A stretch of 64,000 bases of DNA, taken from contig CM059431.1 in the NCBI GenBank assembly GCA_030390025.1, positions 23,808,001 to 23,872,000 of the forward strand, read 5' to 3'. Position numbers and translations under genes: made by a program. Shown piece after piece: positions 37,978 to 50,280 of the stretch. The notes under the pieces are model-generated. The model did no database searches. It was given only the letters and a program-made list of their open reading frames with translations, and was not told where the DNA came from. Within the stretch, counting starts at the first letter, position 1; every line of letters starts with the position of its first letter. Origin of the DNA: Squalus acanthias (taxonomy: Eukaryota).

Positions 37978-40739
37978 TAGTTTTATTTCTGGAATGTTTG
38001 CCTATCTTGATGCGGGCATGTCAAACATTGAGAAGTGTCTTAGATATTCACTTAAAGTCTGTTGTCCCCTTGATATCGCTACCAGAAGTGGTAGTACAAT
38101 TCAGGCACCTGAACCTTTCTCTGGTGCGTTCATGTCTGACTGGGAAGCGTAAAACTCCCATGAAAACACCATCTTGCAGTGCTTTTATTTTGCACTGGCT
38201 GTAGTGTGACACCAGTCCAATACTAAGCCACGTTCTAAAACGACCTGGCTGTTCCGCTGGACTACATGGGAACTTCTAAAATTTTGAATCTCTCTTAATT
38301 TAGGAGCAAAGTAGATTAACATTAAAATTAGGTGTTGAGGAAACTGAGCTTAGTGTGTGCATTGATGCACATGTGCACAGAGCTCTGTTGTCACAATGCT
38401 TCGATGACAATCAATCTGCAGTCTAACCAGGGTCTGCTGACTGCTCTTAGATTGGTTAGTTCCATTATGATTTAAATCCTCGTAACAGACCACTACAGCA
38501 TAAAACATACGAAAACAACCTATTGATTTATAGATCAATGGTCTGTATATATTGGTTCTATTATAACGTACTAAACCGTGACCGTAAGTATCTCCTTTAT
38601 TTACAAAGGTTTTCCTTAAATTCCCTCTTTTTTTGTATGGCACCCATGGAATACTTGGTTGAAAATTATTTTGCATATAGCTTTAATAAAAATTACATGG
38701 AAACAGGCCGTTTAGCCCAACCAGTTTGTGTTGGTGTTTCTTCCAAACACACACACACACTCTCTTTGGGATTTTGAAACATAAATGTAATCTTTGTTTT
38801 TCAAAGATGATCAGGATTTTTATATACAGTGAGGCCCATTTAAGTGCAACTGATTGTTGAAATTTTCTCCTGTTCTGCTCTATCACGGTAACCAATAATC
38901 ATGCTCTTCATGTACATGTCTCCAATCTTTTTAGTTTTTAGGCTGATTTATTGCACAGAAGATGGTGCCATTATGCCTTTATTATCAAACAAATAGCTTT
39001 TGGAAGTACAGCCCGCTGAAGCTATTACTGGACTAAAATGTGAACGGTGCGTATTAGGTGGATCAGGTCTGAATCTGGCATTCAGTGCTTTGACTTCACT
39101 ACACTGTTTCGTGTGTTTTTAAACTTTGTGTGGTGCACGCAGGAATGTAAAAATTACAGCTTTTAGCTGCAGAAGGCATTATTATGCAACTAAAATAAAC
39201 TGCAGAATATTAACAATGCACCCTTGTGCTTTCTTGGACTAGTTTTTGCAATGATGTGCTCATTTGTGAGTCAGCAGTGCTTCTGTGATCAGAAAAGTAT
39301 TCTGATCCTTAAAGATTCTGCCTGTAGTCACCGCATCGGCTGTGTTAACTATATGTAGGGTTCACACGGATTCCATGCTGTTGGGGTTGAATATTATTTG
39401 TCTGCTGATGCACTAGTGGGAAAATATTCTTTGAATAGGCAAAGTCTGTTCTGTTCTGTTCCATTTTGCTGGCATGTATGCTCCAGATTGAGTAACTTTT
39501 TAAAGGCTGTTGTGGCCAATGGATTAAACACCAATATGCACTCCAGGTAGTGAAGGAATGCAGGTCCGTGTCGTCCCCCCCCCCCCCCCCCCCCCCCTAT
39601 GCATATCATTGAGCTGCTGTTCGCTGGCATTTTGCTGTGAATGGGTGTCCATTGAAAGCCTGGCCCTTTCCTCATAAAGAGGGAAGGAGAGTTGTGTTGA
39701 GCCTGCACTTGTGCACCTTCGAGTGGCTGTTGGCCCGGTAACAAAGGTCACCTTACTTGCACTCTCAAACACAGTTGACACGGTGACCGAAGAGCAAAGC
39801 CCAGGGAATCTACCCTGAGGTTTCAGCCCTTGATGAGTGCTTGTCCAGATCAGGGGGGGGTTATGGTGCTTTGCAACTGTTTTTACACTATTTAAAGGAC
39901 TTGGAGGTCAGTAAAGGAAGGTCTTGGACATGGCAGGTAGCTCCTACCTACCCCCAACTACACCACTGATGCTTCTTTTGCCCCACACTCTCGTCGCAGT
40001 TTCTCTTGTTATCCAGCTCGTGTTGCATTTGAAAATTGTCTCTCTTTGTCTTCCAGTTGTCAAGTTTTCCATTTGTAACTTGTTTTTACAAAGGGAGAGG
40101 TGAAAATCTTCATCTGTCTCTGCACCTGTCTTCACTTTAATCTTGTGAAAATAATAATACACTTATGGGGGACTTGATTAAGACTACTCATTTTGCATAC
40201 AGTCGTCAGAGGATACATTCATTCCTTACATTGAGTTGAGTTTTGTGTTTCAGGAAAAGGAATGTATTCTACTTTTTACTGTACAACCCTGGTGGAATAT
40301 TAATTTTAACAGACTTTGAAACTTGACACTAGTGATCTTTGTTTTCTGAAGGTTTCATGTAAAAAAAATTATTTAGCTATTCCACTGTAAAGTCGATTGT
40401 AGTTCAGTAGGATTGAACGCTTCCCACTTGAACCTGAGTCCTTAATTACAGCATCTGATTTGTCATTCTTGGCATAGCAACTAAACTTTGTAAAAGTAAG
40501 CATGGATCATTCTGACCACAGGAATAAGAATTAGCTGTGAAACAGCCACAGTTCAGGAGAATAAGCAAGTGAATTACTTCATTGGTGGTTAGTTTTTGTT
40601 TAGAAGTGTGGAGATGCAGGAAGTTGTCAATCGTTGTGAGACCACATCATTTAGTATAATCTAATATGGAGTTATTGAGCTTAGGGTAATGTAGCATGTG
40701 GAATTTATATAGTGTCTTCATATATTCTCTAGAAGTATG

Positions 40740-41370
40740 CAGCCAGCACCCTCGTATATGCTGATGACACTCACTAAACCTCTCTGCCTCCACCATCAAC
40801 TCCAACGCTGTTTCTGTGCTCTCCAACTGTCCACCAGCAACTCTTGGATGAGTAGATATTTCCTCCAGTTCCATGTTAGTAAAACTGAAACCATCATCTT
40901 GGTCTCCTGCCAGCAACTACGTGTCTCTGGCCGTCACTCCATTAATTTCAGTGGTTGGCACCTCAAACTAACCCTAAAGGAGCGGAGTTTTGGCATCCTG
41001 TTTGATCCTGAGCTGCGTTCCTGCCCCATGCTCTGTTGGTTGCCGAGAGTTCTTTCTTTCACTTCTTGCACATTACCTGTCTACACCCTTGTGTGTTCCT
41101 CACCACTGCTGAACCATTAATCCTTACCTTCGTCACCTGGAGGCTTGACCTTTTCCACTGTCTTCCTTGCTGGCCTCTCTCTCCACCCTCCATAAATGGC
41201 GACTTTTATTGATAACTCTGTGGCCCACAGACTCGCCCACACTCCTGTCACCCCCATCCTTGCCAAGCTTCACTGGCTCCTTCTGCCCGAATTTCTCCTT
41301 GCTTTCAAAACCCTCCATGGACTCGCTGCACTCTAGCTGAGCACCCTCTGCTTCTCCCCCAGTGAATTCC
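40740..41370 (+). mobile_element. Decayed L2-like LINE RT C-terminal fragment
   Basis: TATGCTGATGACACTCA (YADDT), followed by SWMSRYFLQ..SKTE, GILFDPEL and CTTCACTGGCTCC (LHWL). Confidence 0.7.
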
Positions 41371-41380
41371 TCATTCTTTA

Positions 41381-41998
41381 GGTGGCAGCCTTGGCTCAGT
41401 AATAGAACCCTCGCCTCGGAGTCAGAAGTTCAAGGATTTCAAGCCCCATTCCAGAGACTTGAGCACACAATCTAGGTTGAAACTTCAGTGCAGTATTGTG
41501 GGAGTGTTGCGTTGTTGGAGGTGCTGTCTTTTGGATGAGATGGTTAAACCGAGGCCCCATCTGCACACTCGGGTGGACGTAAACAATCCCATGATACCAT
41601 TTAAAGAAGAGCAGGCAGGTTCTCCAGCAATGTTCCCTTTCATTTTTTCTTGGTTGCGCAGCCCCTTCAAAATACCGCGCATGCGCGGGGTTTCCCCATT
41701 TAAAAGCCAGTGAGCCGGCTGCGCGGGAGCTTCAGAGCGTTGGGCAGTCCCGCAGCTTAAAGGGAACATTGTTTTCCTGGTGTCCTGTTCAACATTCATC
41801 CTTCAACCAACATCACTTTATAAAAAAAAAATTGATTATTTGTTCATTTGCCTCATTGCTGTTGTGGAACCATCTTGTGCTCAAATTGGCTGCCACGGTG
41901 ACTTACATTTTGTCAGCGACTGCATTTCAAAAGTACTTCTTTGGGATGTCCGGAGGTCTTGAAAGGTTGCTATACAAATGCAAGTTCCCTTTTTCTTT
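41381..41998 (+). mobile_element. Deu-domain SINE interrupted by a hAT MITE
   Basis: Homologous to 2007-2476 on both sides of 41628-41771. Confidence 0.8.
41628..41771 (+). mobile_element. Short hAT MITE (CAATGTTCCCT family), copy 2
   Basis: Perfect 13-bp TIR CAATGTTCCCTTT/AAAGGGAACATTG, 8-bp flanks TTCTCCAG/TTTTCCTG, and CGCGCATGCGCG at 41676-41687. Confidence 0.85.
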
Positions 41999-42749
41999 AT
42001 CTGGGTTAAACGCTGTGAATCACTTTGATCACTTCTCTTCCTGGTCTCCTAATGCTGTTGACATCTAGAACACAAGATTATGGCCTTGGAACTACTCTTC
42101 CACTCTCTTTCTCCCCCCCCCCCACCACCATCACTAATTGCTCAACTTGATTGTAGATTCTTAACTTTTAGAGGTAACTTAACTGTAATTTTCATTAACC
42201 AGTGTAGGACTACTGAAAAGAAAAAAAAAAAATCCAGAAATGGAAGTCACATTTTTGTGAAGCATATTTTCAGCATAATTTAAAAAAAATCTCATCCTTT
42301 CCTTTGCTGCAGGTTTGCAGCTTTTTTGATTATAATTGCATAGCCACAATTCTTTTAACTGCCCTGTGCCACACGTATATTACTGCTAAAACCACAGTGC
42401 ACAGTATAACTCTGTGGAAATGTTTGCATATGTTTAAAATTTTGAAAAGCTACATTTGCACAGAAAGGGAAGAATTCTTAAAATATATACATTTGATGTC
42501 AAAGATTTGTACAGTGAAAGCACAATGCCTAGCTGGCATACAAACAATTGCATGCTATTGACATGAATTCACCCCATTAGAAAATAAATGTATGAACAGA
42601 TATGGGAGAGACCAGGGACATGGGATTAGTATAGATAATTCTGATGAGAAGCTAGCACAAACAAGATCATTCAAATGGCCGCCTTCTGTGTTGAAATGTT
42701 TATGTTTTATGATGAGTGCGTTGTTGAGAGGACTGATCGTATGTACACC

Positions 42750-43175
42750 ACTAGTGGTGAGTGTGTCTGTTTAAGTCATAATCACAGCATATCAAGTGAT
42801 GTACCCCACTGATCAGTTACAAAACTCCACACAGACATGTAGTGTAAGATGGTGCTGTAGTGTAAATTCAGTGCGAATTTACTGAAATACCTTATCTGCA
42901 GTGCGCAACTCCTTGCTTAGAGCATGGGAGCGTGAATTTACCCTTTTGTATGTGTCAACATTCTGAATTCAACATAAAGCCAAGCCAAAGTTGGACTCTT
43001 TACAGACCCTGCTTTAAAGGTGAATAACATAGGCCCTCTGCGAAAGATAACACTTGGAAAGTATTTTTTTACAATATAACCATTTTGATACTCCATCATG
43101 AAGGACAAAACAGGCATACCAGACTCCTCCATTGGGGACTTTTGTTTTTGCAATTCTGTAGGAATAGTGGGCTTT
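42750..43175 (+). repeat. Segment of about 425 bp duplicated at 43777-44230
   Basis: Both copies start ACTAGTGGYGAGTGTGTCTGTTTAAGTCATAATC and end CTGTAGGA..GTGGGCTTT. Confidence 0.9.
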
Positions 43176-43691
43176 GCCCTTCCTTTCACAGGACGACAGC
43201 TTCCTCCTATGTAGGGGTTTCCTGTGGGATGTAGTTAAGCCCTACTCTAAAGGAAATGTGTGGCTTTTTAGTTGCATGCTGTTCCGAAAAGGTCTTCGTA
43301 GGACAGCTTTTTTTCAGATTTCTTCAATTGCATCTCCAATCACATTGAAAACCTGTGTCCTCATTGATTTGTTTTCTTTTCCAACTTGAACAAGTATGGT
43401 TTACCAGTTGTCCTTTTCTTGAACTGCTTAGAAAAGTACTTTCTTCAAATTGCTTAGAAACACAGACATCTGGCTCACCAATTGATCCAAGTGTAAAGCT
43501 GTTCAGGCCGTCTTGAATAAATGAACATGTTATCTTGTTATACAGAAACTGATCCCTCCCAATATCAGTTACTAAATATAGCCTATCATTGCTATCAAAT
43601 CACGTGTATGTACAGGTTTCTATATGTTATGAATTCAACCTACAGAATCACTCGAACAATTTACTGTGATATTTCAGCTGATAAACAGATT

Positions 43692-44314
43692 GAGGCAGAA
43701 TTTCTGCCAGGGTTCTCCTGATCATCTGCCGTAACTTTGGCACACGATGCAAGGAACTCCCAGAGAAATGACGTAAACTAGTGGCGAGTGTGTCTGTTTA
43801 AGTCATAATCGCAGCATATCAAGTGATGTAACTGAATGTCAGTGGAATACAAAACTCCACACAGGCATGTAATGTAAGATGGCCCTGCAAAGTAAATTCA
43901 GTGTTTCTGTACTCCCAACGGAGAGCTGTGCTTGAAGGGAGTGTAAGTCGGCAAATCAGCACAACTGCAGCCCTAACTGCAATGGGCAACTCCACGTCGA
44001 GAGCATGGGAGCGGTGAATTTACCCTTTTTTTGTATATGAAAATATTCTGAATTCAACATAAAGCCAAAGTTAAACTCTGTACAGGCCCTGCTTGAAAGG
44101 TGAATAACATAGGCCCTCAGAGAGAAAACACTGGGAAAGCACTTTACAATAGAACCATTTTCAGACTCCATAATTTAGGTCCAGACTCCTCCATTTGGGG
44201 ACTCTTGTTTCTGTAGGATTTGTGGGCTTTTACACTGTTTCTCAGGGATTTGCGCAGATCTTGCAACAGAGTTGCAGCGCGCGATCGGGAGAGCCCGCGC
44301 CAAAATTGAACCCC
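43692..44314. mobile_element. Palindromic MITE (ATT TSD) whose two arms of about 85 bp enclose the duplicated segment
   Basis: Arms 43692-43776 and 44230-44314 are diverged reverse complements, with ATT on both flanks. Confidence 0.7.
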
Positions 44315-44429
44315 ATTGTCCTTTTTCAAGTCAAAAAATTTAGTATTGCTGTCTACTTACTGCAACTTTCTTTAGCACAGGCGTGTACAGCGATGGTACA
44401 CAATCCGAAATAGGATTGGACAACAGCAA

Positions 44430-44760
44430 AAATGACCCTTATTTTTAAAAAACAGGTAAAGGCAAACCATCAACGTACAGACCAGTAAGCTTTATCTCGG
44501 TGTCAGCTAAATTTTTTGAAACTAATAGGATGAATAGTTGAAGGGATCATTTTAAGAGACCGGGGTTAATTAAAGATGGCCAACATGGTTTAGGAGTGGC
44601 AGGTCGTGCTCAACTAATTTATTGGATTTCCCTGAAGAAGTCAAGGACCTAGCAGATTGGGGGCGGGGTGGGTCAGACAGTGGAAGTTGTACATCTGAAT
44701 TTCAGGAGGCCCTGTAATACTGTCTGACATAAAAGGCTACTGCATAATCTTTTGGGTCTG
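44430..44760 (+). mobile_element. Decayed CR1 RT fragment
   Basis: ACGTACAGACCAGTAAGCTTTATCTCG (YRPVS) and CAACATGGTTTAGGAGTGGCAGGTCGTGC (QHGF..GRSC). Confidence 0.65.
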
Positions 44761-46653
44761 TGGGATATATGGCAATATATTAGAGGTAAGCTTGTTGGGT
44801 CTGGAGGAAACACTCTTGCTCCTCTTGGCCACAAGCCTTATGCATTCAGCCCTTCTCGCCTACTTTTACCTGCCGGGTTTCCCAAAGTGCTTCACAGCCA
44901 ATAATTTGCTCTTTGAAGTGTAGTCATTGTTTTTGATGGATCAATTATCTATTCCTGCCTGAAATTGTTGCTGTGTTCCTATCCTATATGTACAATAGGT
45001 AGGAACAAATCATCAGGCAGGTAATTTTTCCACAATTCGCAGTGGCCAGTTCAAGAGTAAGCATTGGCAGAATCTTGGTAACTTGCAAATGGTGTATGTA
45101 TATAAAACAAACTCTGATGGTAATGATTTTGTGGATGACAATTTTAATATCATAGAAAAATACTTTTTTTTATGAAGATTGTTTTCAAGACGAATCAAAA
45201 CTTTCACAACAAAGAATTCAGTTTTATTAACTGAGGAGAAAAGTCTTATTAAAAGTCAAAAAATGTAATCTTGGTTACGAAAGTGGAGCTTGCTAAAAGC
45301 AATGGTTGTTCTATACTATATAAGACAGCTCTGGAGATATTGATAAATTTGTTTCCTGATCAGATTTGTTCGGAAGTGCACGTCCTGTGTGGTCTCTATT
45401 TTTCCTGAGACTTAACGGGAAAGTCCTGGCCTACAAGTTATTGTCTTCCTTTATCGTAGCCATTTGCATGAATACTCAAACCATGCCAGGATATGTCCTT
45501 CAATATATTTAGCAGATGCAAAAGCAAGCATAAAGGAATAATTTGAAACGGTGAGTATTTTGGCACCTAGTTCAATTATTGTATAGTATGGTGGGGTCAT
45601 CCTCCTGACCAATCATTGGCTTAAGAGATACTTGCACCAGTTTCCTGCAAGTATCCTGTTATAAAATGTTGAATCTAGAGCCCCGATTTTAACTCTGGCC
45701 GCATTCGGGTAGAGGGGTGGGAGGGAAACCCCCGCAGACTCCTCAGCATGGAGCCCAGGCCATTTGGACTCCCAGGCCTCATTTACATTTCCCTGCACTG
45801 TCTCCCACCCGAAGCCGGCTGGAATGATGCGTGGGCCAGCGGGCGGGAGGCCCACGTCAACGGAATGGTCCCCGGCATAAGGTTAGTCCTGGAAGGTGAG
45901 GTCTGAAAAGAGCTGCCGATGGTAGGAAGGAGAAGGAAGGCAGGGGCTGAGTCTCGGTTTTTATACCAAATTAACTGGCTGCACCCCTTGTTCTTGATGT
46001 CTGATCACACAAGAAGGTTAATGATTGTGATGTAATTGTTGCAGGTTTGTTGAGTAATCTGTGGTCGGATATAAACTGAAAAATTGGGAAACCTTACAAT
46101 AAACATACTAAAGTCTGAAAATTGCTACTATGGAGCAACAGAGTTTAGGAAACATCCTAAACTGAAAATGGTTTGGAATAATTCCCTTCCCTATGACGGG
46201 TGATGTTGAAATCCAGTGACTCGTATGAGGGTTTTTGTTATAAATTCACACTACACCTTTTATGCTGCACATCTGTTTCTTTAGAAGGAGTAAGGCAGTT
46301 TATTGAGTTACTTATAATCACTACCTCATTTATTTCCACATTTTATGCAACTCCCACCTTTTGGAGACCTGAACACAGATTGTGTATTTCCCTGAAATAA
46401 AGATCTTTCTAATTCAGTTGGGTAATTAATATATTTGGTACAAATACTCAGTTATGGTTTTTTTTTTTTAAAAACAGCCAAGAAGCTAACAAAAGGAAAA
46501 ATTCTGTCATGACAATGTGCAATTACTACTGACCTAAGTATGAGAAAAACAACCACACCTCCTCCACCCACACTCAAAGGTTGGGTGTGGCCTTTCAATA
46601 ACGAAAGGGAATTTGGAAGCACAGATAGGAAAGACATGCAGATTAATTGAGCG

Positions 46654-47000
46654 TAGGTTTGCCAACCTTCCAGGATTGTCCTGGAGTTTCCAGGAATTGA
46701 AGATTAATCTCCAGGACACAGCTATGAGCAACCCTGGAGACAAACTGATGGGGAAATAAACAAAACTTTTTTTTGTTTATTTTGAACACTTTCATTTATT
46801 AGTTATAAAAATATTGGGGATGAGGATTAAAAAGCTGTTTCAGTAACGGTCAAGAGTCTGTTTGCTTCCCAATTGGCAGTGGGAAGGCAGTGTGTCCGGA
46901 TGATGGACCAATGCCGGGAGTGGCGGGGCGGGGCGGTTTGCGGTGGGAGGTCAAGTGTTGAAACCTCCAGGGATACACCCAACCAGAGTTGGCAAGCCTA
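46654..47000. mobile_element. Non-autonomous hAT transposon
   Basis: TIR TAGGTTTGCCAAC/GTTGGCAAGCCTA with a perfect 8-bp TSD ATTGAGCG (46646-46653 and 47001-47008). Confidence 0.9.
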
Positions 47001-47257
47001 ATTGAGCGTCTTTTAATCGATGCACAATAAATCCTAAAGCACTACTCTACATTACTGTCCTCCTTTGGAATGGCCGAGAATTTGTAATTTATTCATTTGG
47101 CAGTCAGTTCTTCAACTGAGCGATGTTAACTGAAATGCAGATGTTTTCCAGATCTTTATTAATTTGTGCCATTAAAGGGTCTAGTTTCTAAGTGCTGTCC
47201 CTGACATTAAATCTCATTACAGAAAGAATTGTTATATTGTACTATTCAGAAAAAGTA

Positions 47258-47605
47258 CTTTTTTTTTCGTTCATGGGATGTGGGCGTCGCTGGCAAGGCC
47301 AGCATTTAATGCCCGTCCCTAATTGCCCTTGAGAAGGTGGTGGTGAGCCACCTTCTTGAACCGCTGCAGTCCGTGTGGTGAAGGTACTCCCACAGTGCTG
47401 TTAGGGAGGGAGTTCCAGGATTTTGACCCAGCGATGATGAAGGGTCGGCGATATATTTCCAAGTCAGGATGGTGTGTCACTTGGAGGGGAACTTGGAGGT
47501 GGTGGTGTTCCCATGCGCCTGCTGCCCTTGTCCATCTAGGTGGTAGAAGTCGCGGGTTTGGGAGGTGCTGCCGAAGAAGCCATGGCGAGTTGCCGCAGTG
47601 CATCT
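47258..47605 (-). mobile_element. LINE (CR1/L2 group) 3' end with A-rich tail
   Basis: The ORF ends SKSWNSLPNSTVGVPSPHGLQRFKKVAHHHLLKGN*. A decayed copy lies at about 24270-24375. Confidence 0.75.
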
Positions 47606-48129
47606 TATTTAAACTAACCTGTAGTTTAAATAAGACTGTAATTTTCTGTCATTAATTGTTCAAATCCAGTTTGTAGTTCTTCCCGTGCCAATGCATGATC
47701 TTTGTCTAATGTAATAGGCTTACTATTCACAACTACCATTATATCTAACTTCCAAGGACTTTAGATTTCATTTGAATTACATTTTAGAATATTCATCAAT
47801 TGAAATAAATATGGACTTCAAGTCGAGTGGGTCTTTTTAATGGGGAAATCTGAGATGTCAAATTTTATTTTAAAAAATATTCTTTCTCAGAATATTGTAT
47901 GACCTTTATTTAGTGCACTATTAAAGCACCTCCACCGACAGTGATGTTTTGATGACATGAGCATAGTCTTGTAAACTGAAAAAATTATGCTCCATTTCTT
48001 GTACAGCAACACAAATCGTTAGGAAGTGGGGAAAGGAAGAATTAATCAATTCTTGTATACTTAAAACAATATAAACAGAAGCGCAAACAAAATTCTTCTT
48101 CCCTGAGGGGTGCGAGTCAATGAGGAAGG

Positions 48130-49010
48130 ACCATTACCAGGTTGGATCCAAAAATGACATTCTCTGTGACTGTGACCATGGTGCAATATTCCTTCTCGTC
48201 GTCTTCGACATCCCTGTAGTCTTTGACATGGTCGTCCATGCCATCTTCCTCCAGTGCCTTGTCTCTGTTGTCCAGCTTGGTGGGTCTGTCTTGGCTTAGT
48301 TCCACTCTTATCAGTCTGAATATACCTAGAGTATCTCCAGCAATGGCTTCACTTCCCTCCCCCACGCCACTGACTCTAGAGTCCCCTCCTTTTCCTCATT
48401 TGCAACCTGCCCCTTTGTGATATTATCTGTAGACATGGGGTCAGTTGCCACATGTACACTGCTGACACCCAGCTCTACCATCTCTTTTTGATTCCTCCAC
48501 TGCTTCTGTACTGTCACATGCTTTAATTGACATCCAGTCTTCCATAAACTGCAATTTCCTCCAGCTAAACATCGGGATGACAAATACTGTCCAATTCAAC
48601 CTCTAATATTGCCTATCTACCCCCCCCGCTCAGCCCATATGCCACTGAAGCCCTCGTTTGTACTTTTGTCACCACCAGACTTGACTATTCCAATGCTCTC
48701 CTAGGCTCCTAGCTGACTTTCCATACTCCACTCTTCCTAAGCTTCAGCTCACCTAAAACGTTGCTGCCCATAACCGCATCAAATCCTGCTTCCACTCCAA
48801 TTTAAAAGTACTCATCATTGTGTTTAAATCCCTTCATGGCCTTACCCCCACTCTATCTCTATCCCCTTCCATCCCTAACTCTCTCCACCACCCCACCCCC
48901 CCCGCCCCGCCCCATGAACTCTCCATTCCTCTGACTCTGGCATCTTGTGCATCGCCCCCTCCCTTTGCCCCAGTCGGTGGCCGTGCCTTTAGCTGCCTAG
49001 GCCCCACGTT
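48130..49010 (+). mobile_element. Decayed L2-like LINE RT/3' fragment
   Basis: Remnants of LD.S..FD.V.H, GCTGACACCCAGCTCTAC (DTQLY), TRLDYSNALL and GGRAFSCLGP. Confidence 0.7.
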
Positions 49011-49536
49011 TGCGTGCATTTTTGTGTGAACGTGTTGATACCTACTACACCCGATATTGCAAATGTTTTGCTCTGTATCTAGGCACAGCAAAATCATTTC
49101 AGGAAAAGTTGTCAAGATGGTCCTTGTGTGGTAAAGAGATGTAAACAAGTGTTCAGTGATCAGCATTTGGTTTCATAAAATCCTTCATTGAAAATATATT
49201 TCTCCAGTCTTAAACTCTTTCTGTACTGAAGGTTCAGCCCATGGTGCATAACACAACTAATCGTTGGAACCAATAACGAACATATTTGAGTATGAACTGT
49301 GTCATGCCACCTATGTTCACCACCTTTGGTTATAATGCCCTGTGAAAAGGAAATGTCACATAGAATGTAAGCAGAACTGTATTTGACAGTGCGGCTTTTT
49401 TTAAATGACAGAGTGTTTCCATAATCCAAAGATGCCAATCTTTTATTTTCTTCATAAAAGTCACTTGGTGAAGATGTCCCCAAAGGTTTATGTGCTGCAC
49501 TTGTGTGTTATCATCAAAGATCATTTTAAACATGAT

Positions 49537-50280
49537 AGCCCAGAAATTGCGGGAGTGGTACATCTCGCAGCGAGCACTGGGAATTGGATTTTTTAACCTC
49601 CCCCTTCAAATCGTATCATTTTGTGCGCCGCAAATCGCTGTAAATGCGAATCACCAGGGAATCTGGGACCTCCTGAATGTTGGGTCCAATGGTCTATCTC
49701 CTTAACCAAGGAAATTTAAGCATAGAGAAAGAAACCGAGTGAATGAGAGAGAAGGAAATGGGGTGAATTGGAGTCAAATTAAATATAGAAAGATAAATAA
49801 AGAGAGGGAAAGGGAGTGGGTTAGGAGAGAAAGGGGAAAAAAAGACAAAGGAAAAGCAAGAAAAATGTAAAATTTTAAGAAATTCTAGGAGCTAGTTACT
49901 ACCTGTAGGACTGATACTCCACAATTTCGCTGTTCCCTTTCTGGGCCTCCAAGGTTGGGTGGCATGTCAAGAAATCACCACATTAACGGGGTCCTTGCAA
50001 CATGAATTATCAGAGCTAAATGGCTGCGGCGAGATTAACTCGTTTTAACGGCGCAAATCCAGCAATTTTACGACGCGCAATGGGGAGGCTCTCGGCGAGA
50101 TGGTAATTTTTTTGGGGTTTAGACGAAGCTAACGGCGGCGCGGCGTAAATCGTCCAGCAATCTGTGGTGAATCGGAACTCACGGCACATCTCCTCTTCGC
50201 CGCAAATTGCTGGTTTTTTTACGCACTAATAATGGCAAGCGCCGTGAATTCGCCATTATTTTTCCAGCAATTTCTGGACC
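49537..50280. mobile_element. MITE, PIF/Harbinger-like, related to 438-1003
   Basis: TIRs AGCCCAGAAATTGC/GCAATTTCTGGACC with flanks GAT/AAT. The reverse complement of the right end resembles the left end of 438-1003. Confidence 0.7.

Noticed and set aside
39575-39597. Long poly-C runs (also 15375-15395 and 57634-57650)
   Set aside because: They are simple homopolymers, common in such genomes and of uncertain length in assemblies, with no further structure.
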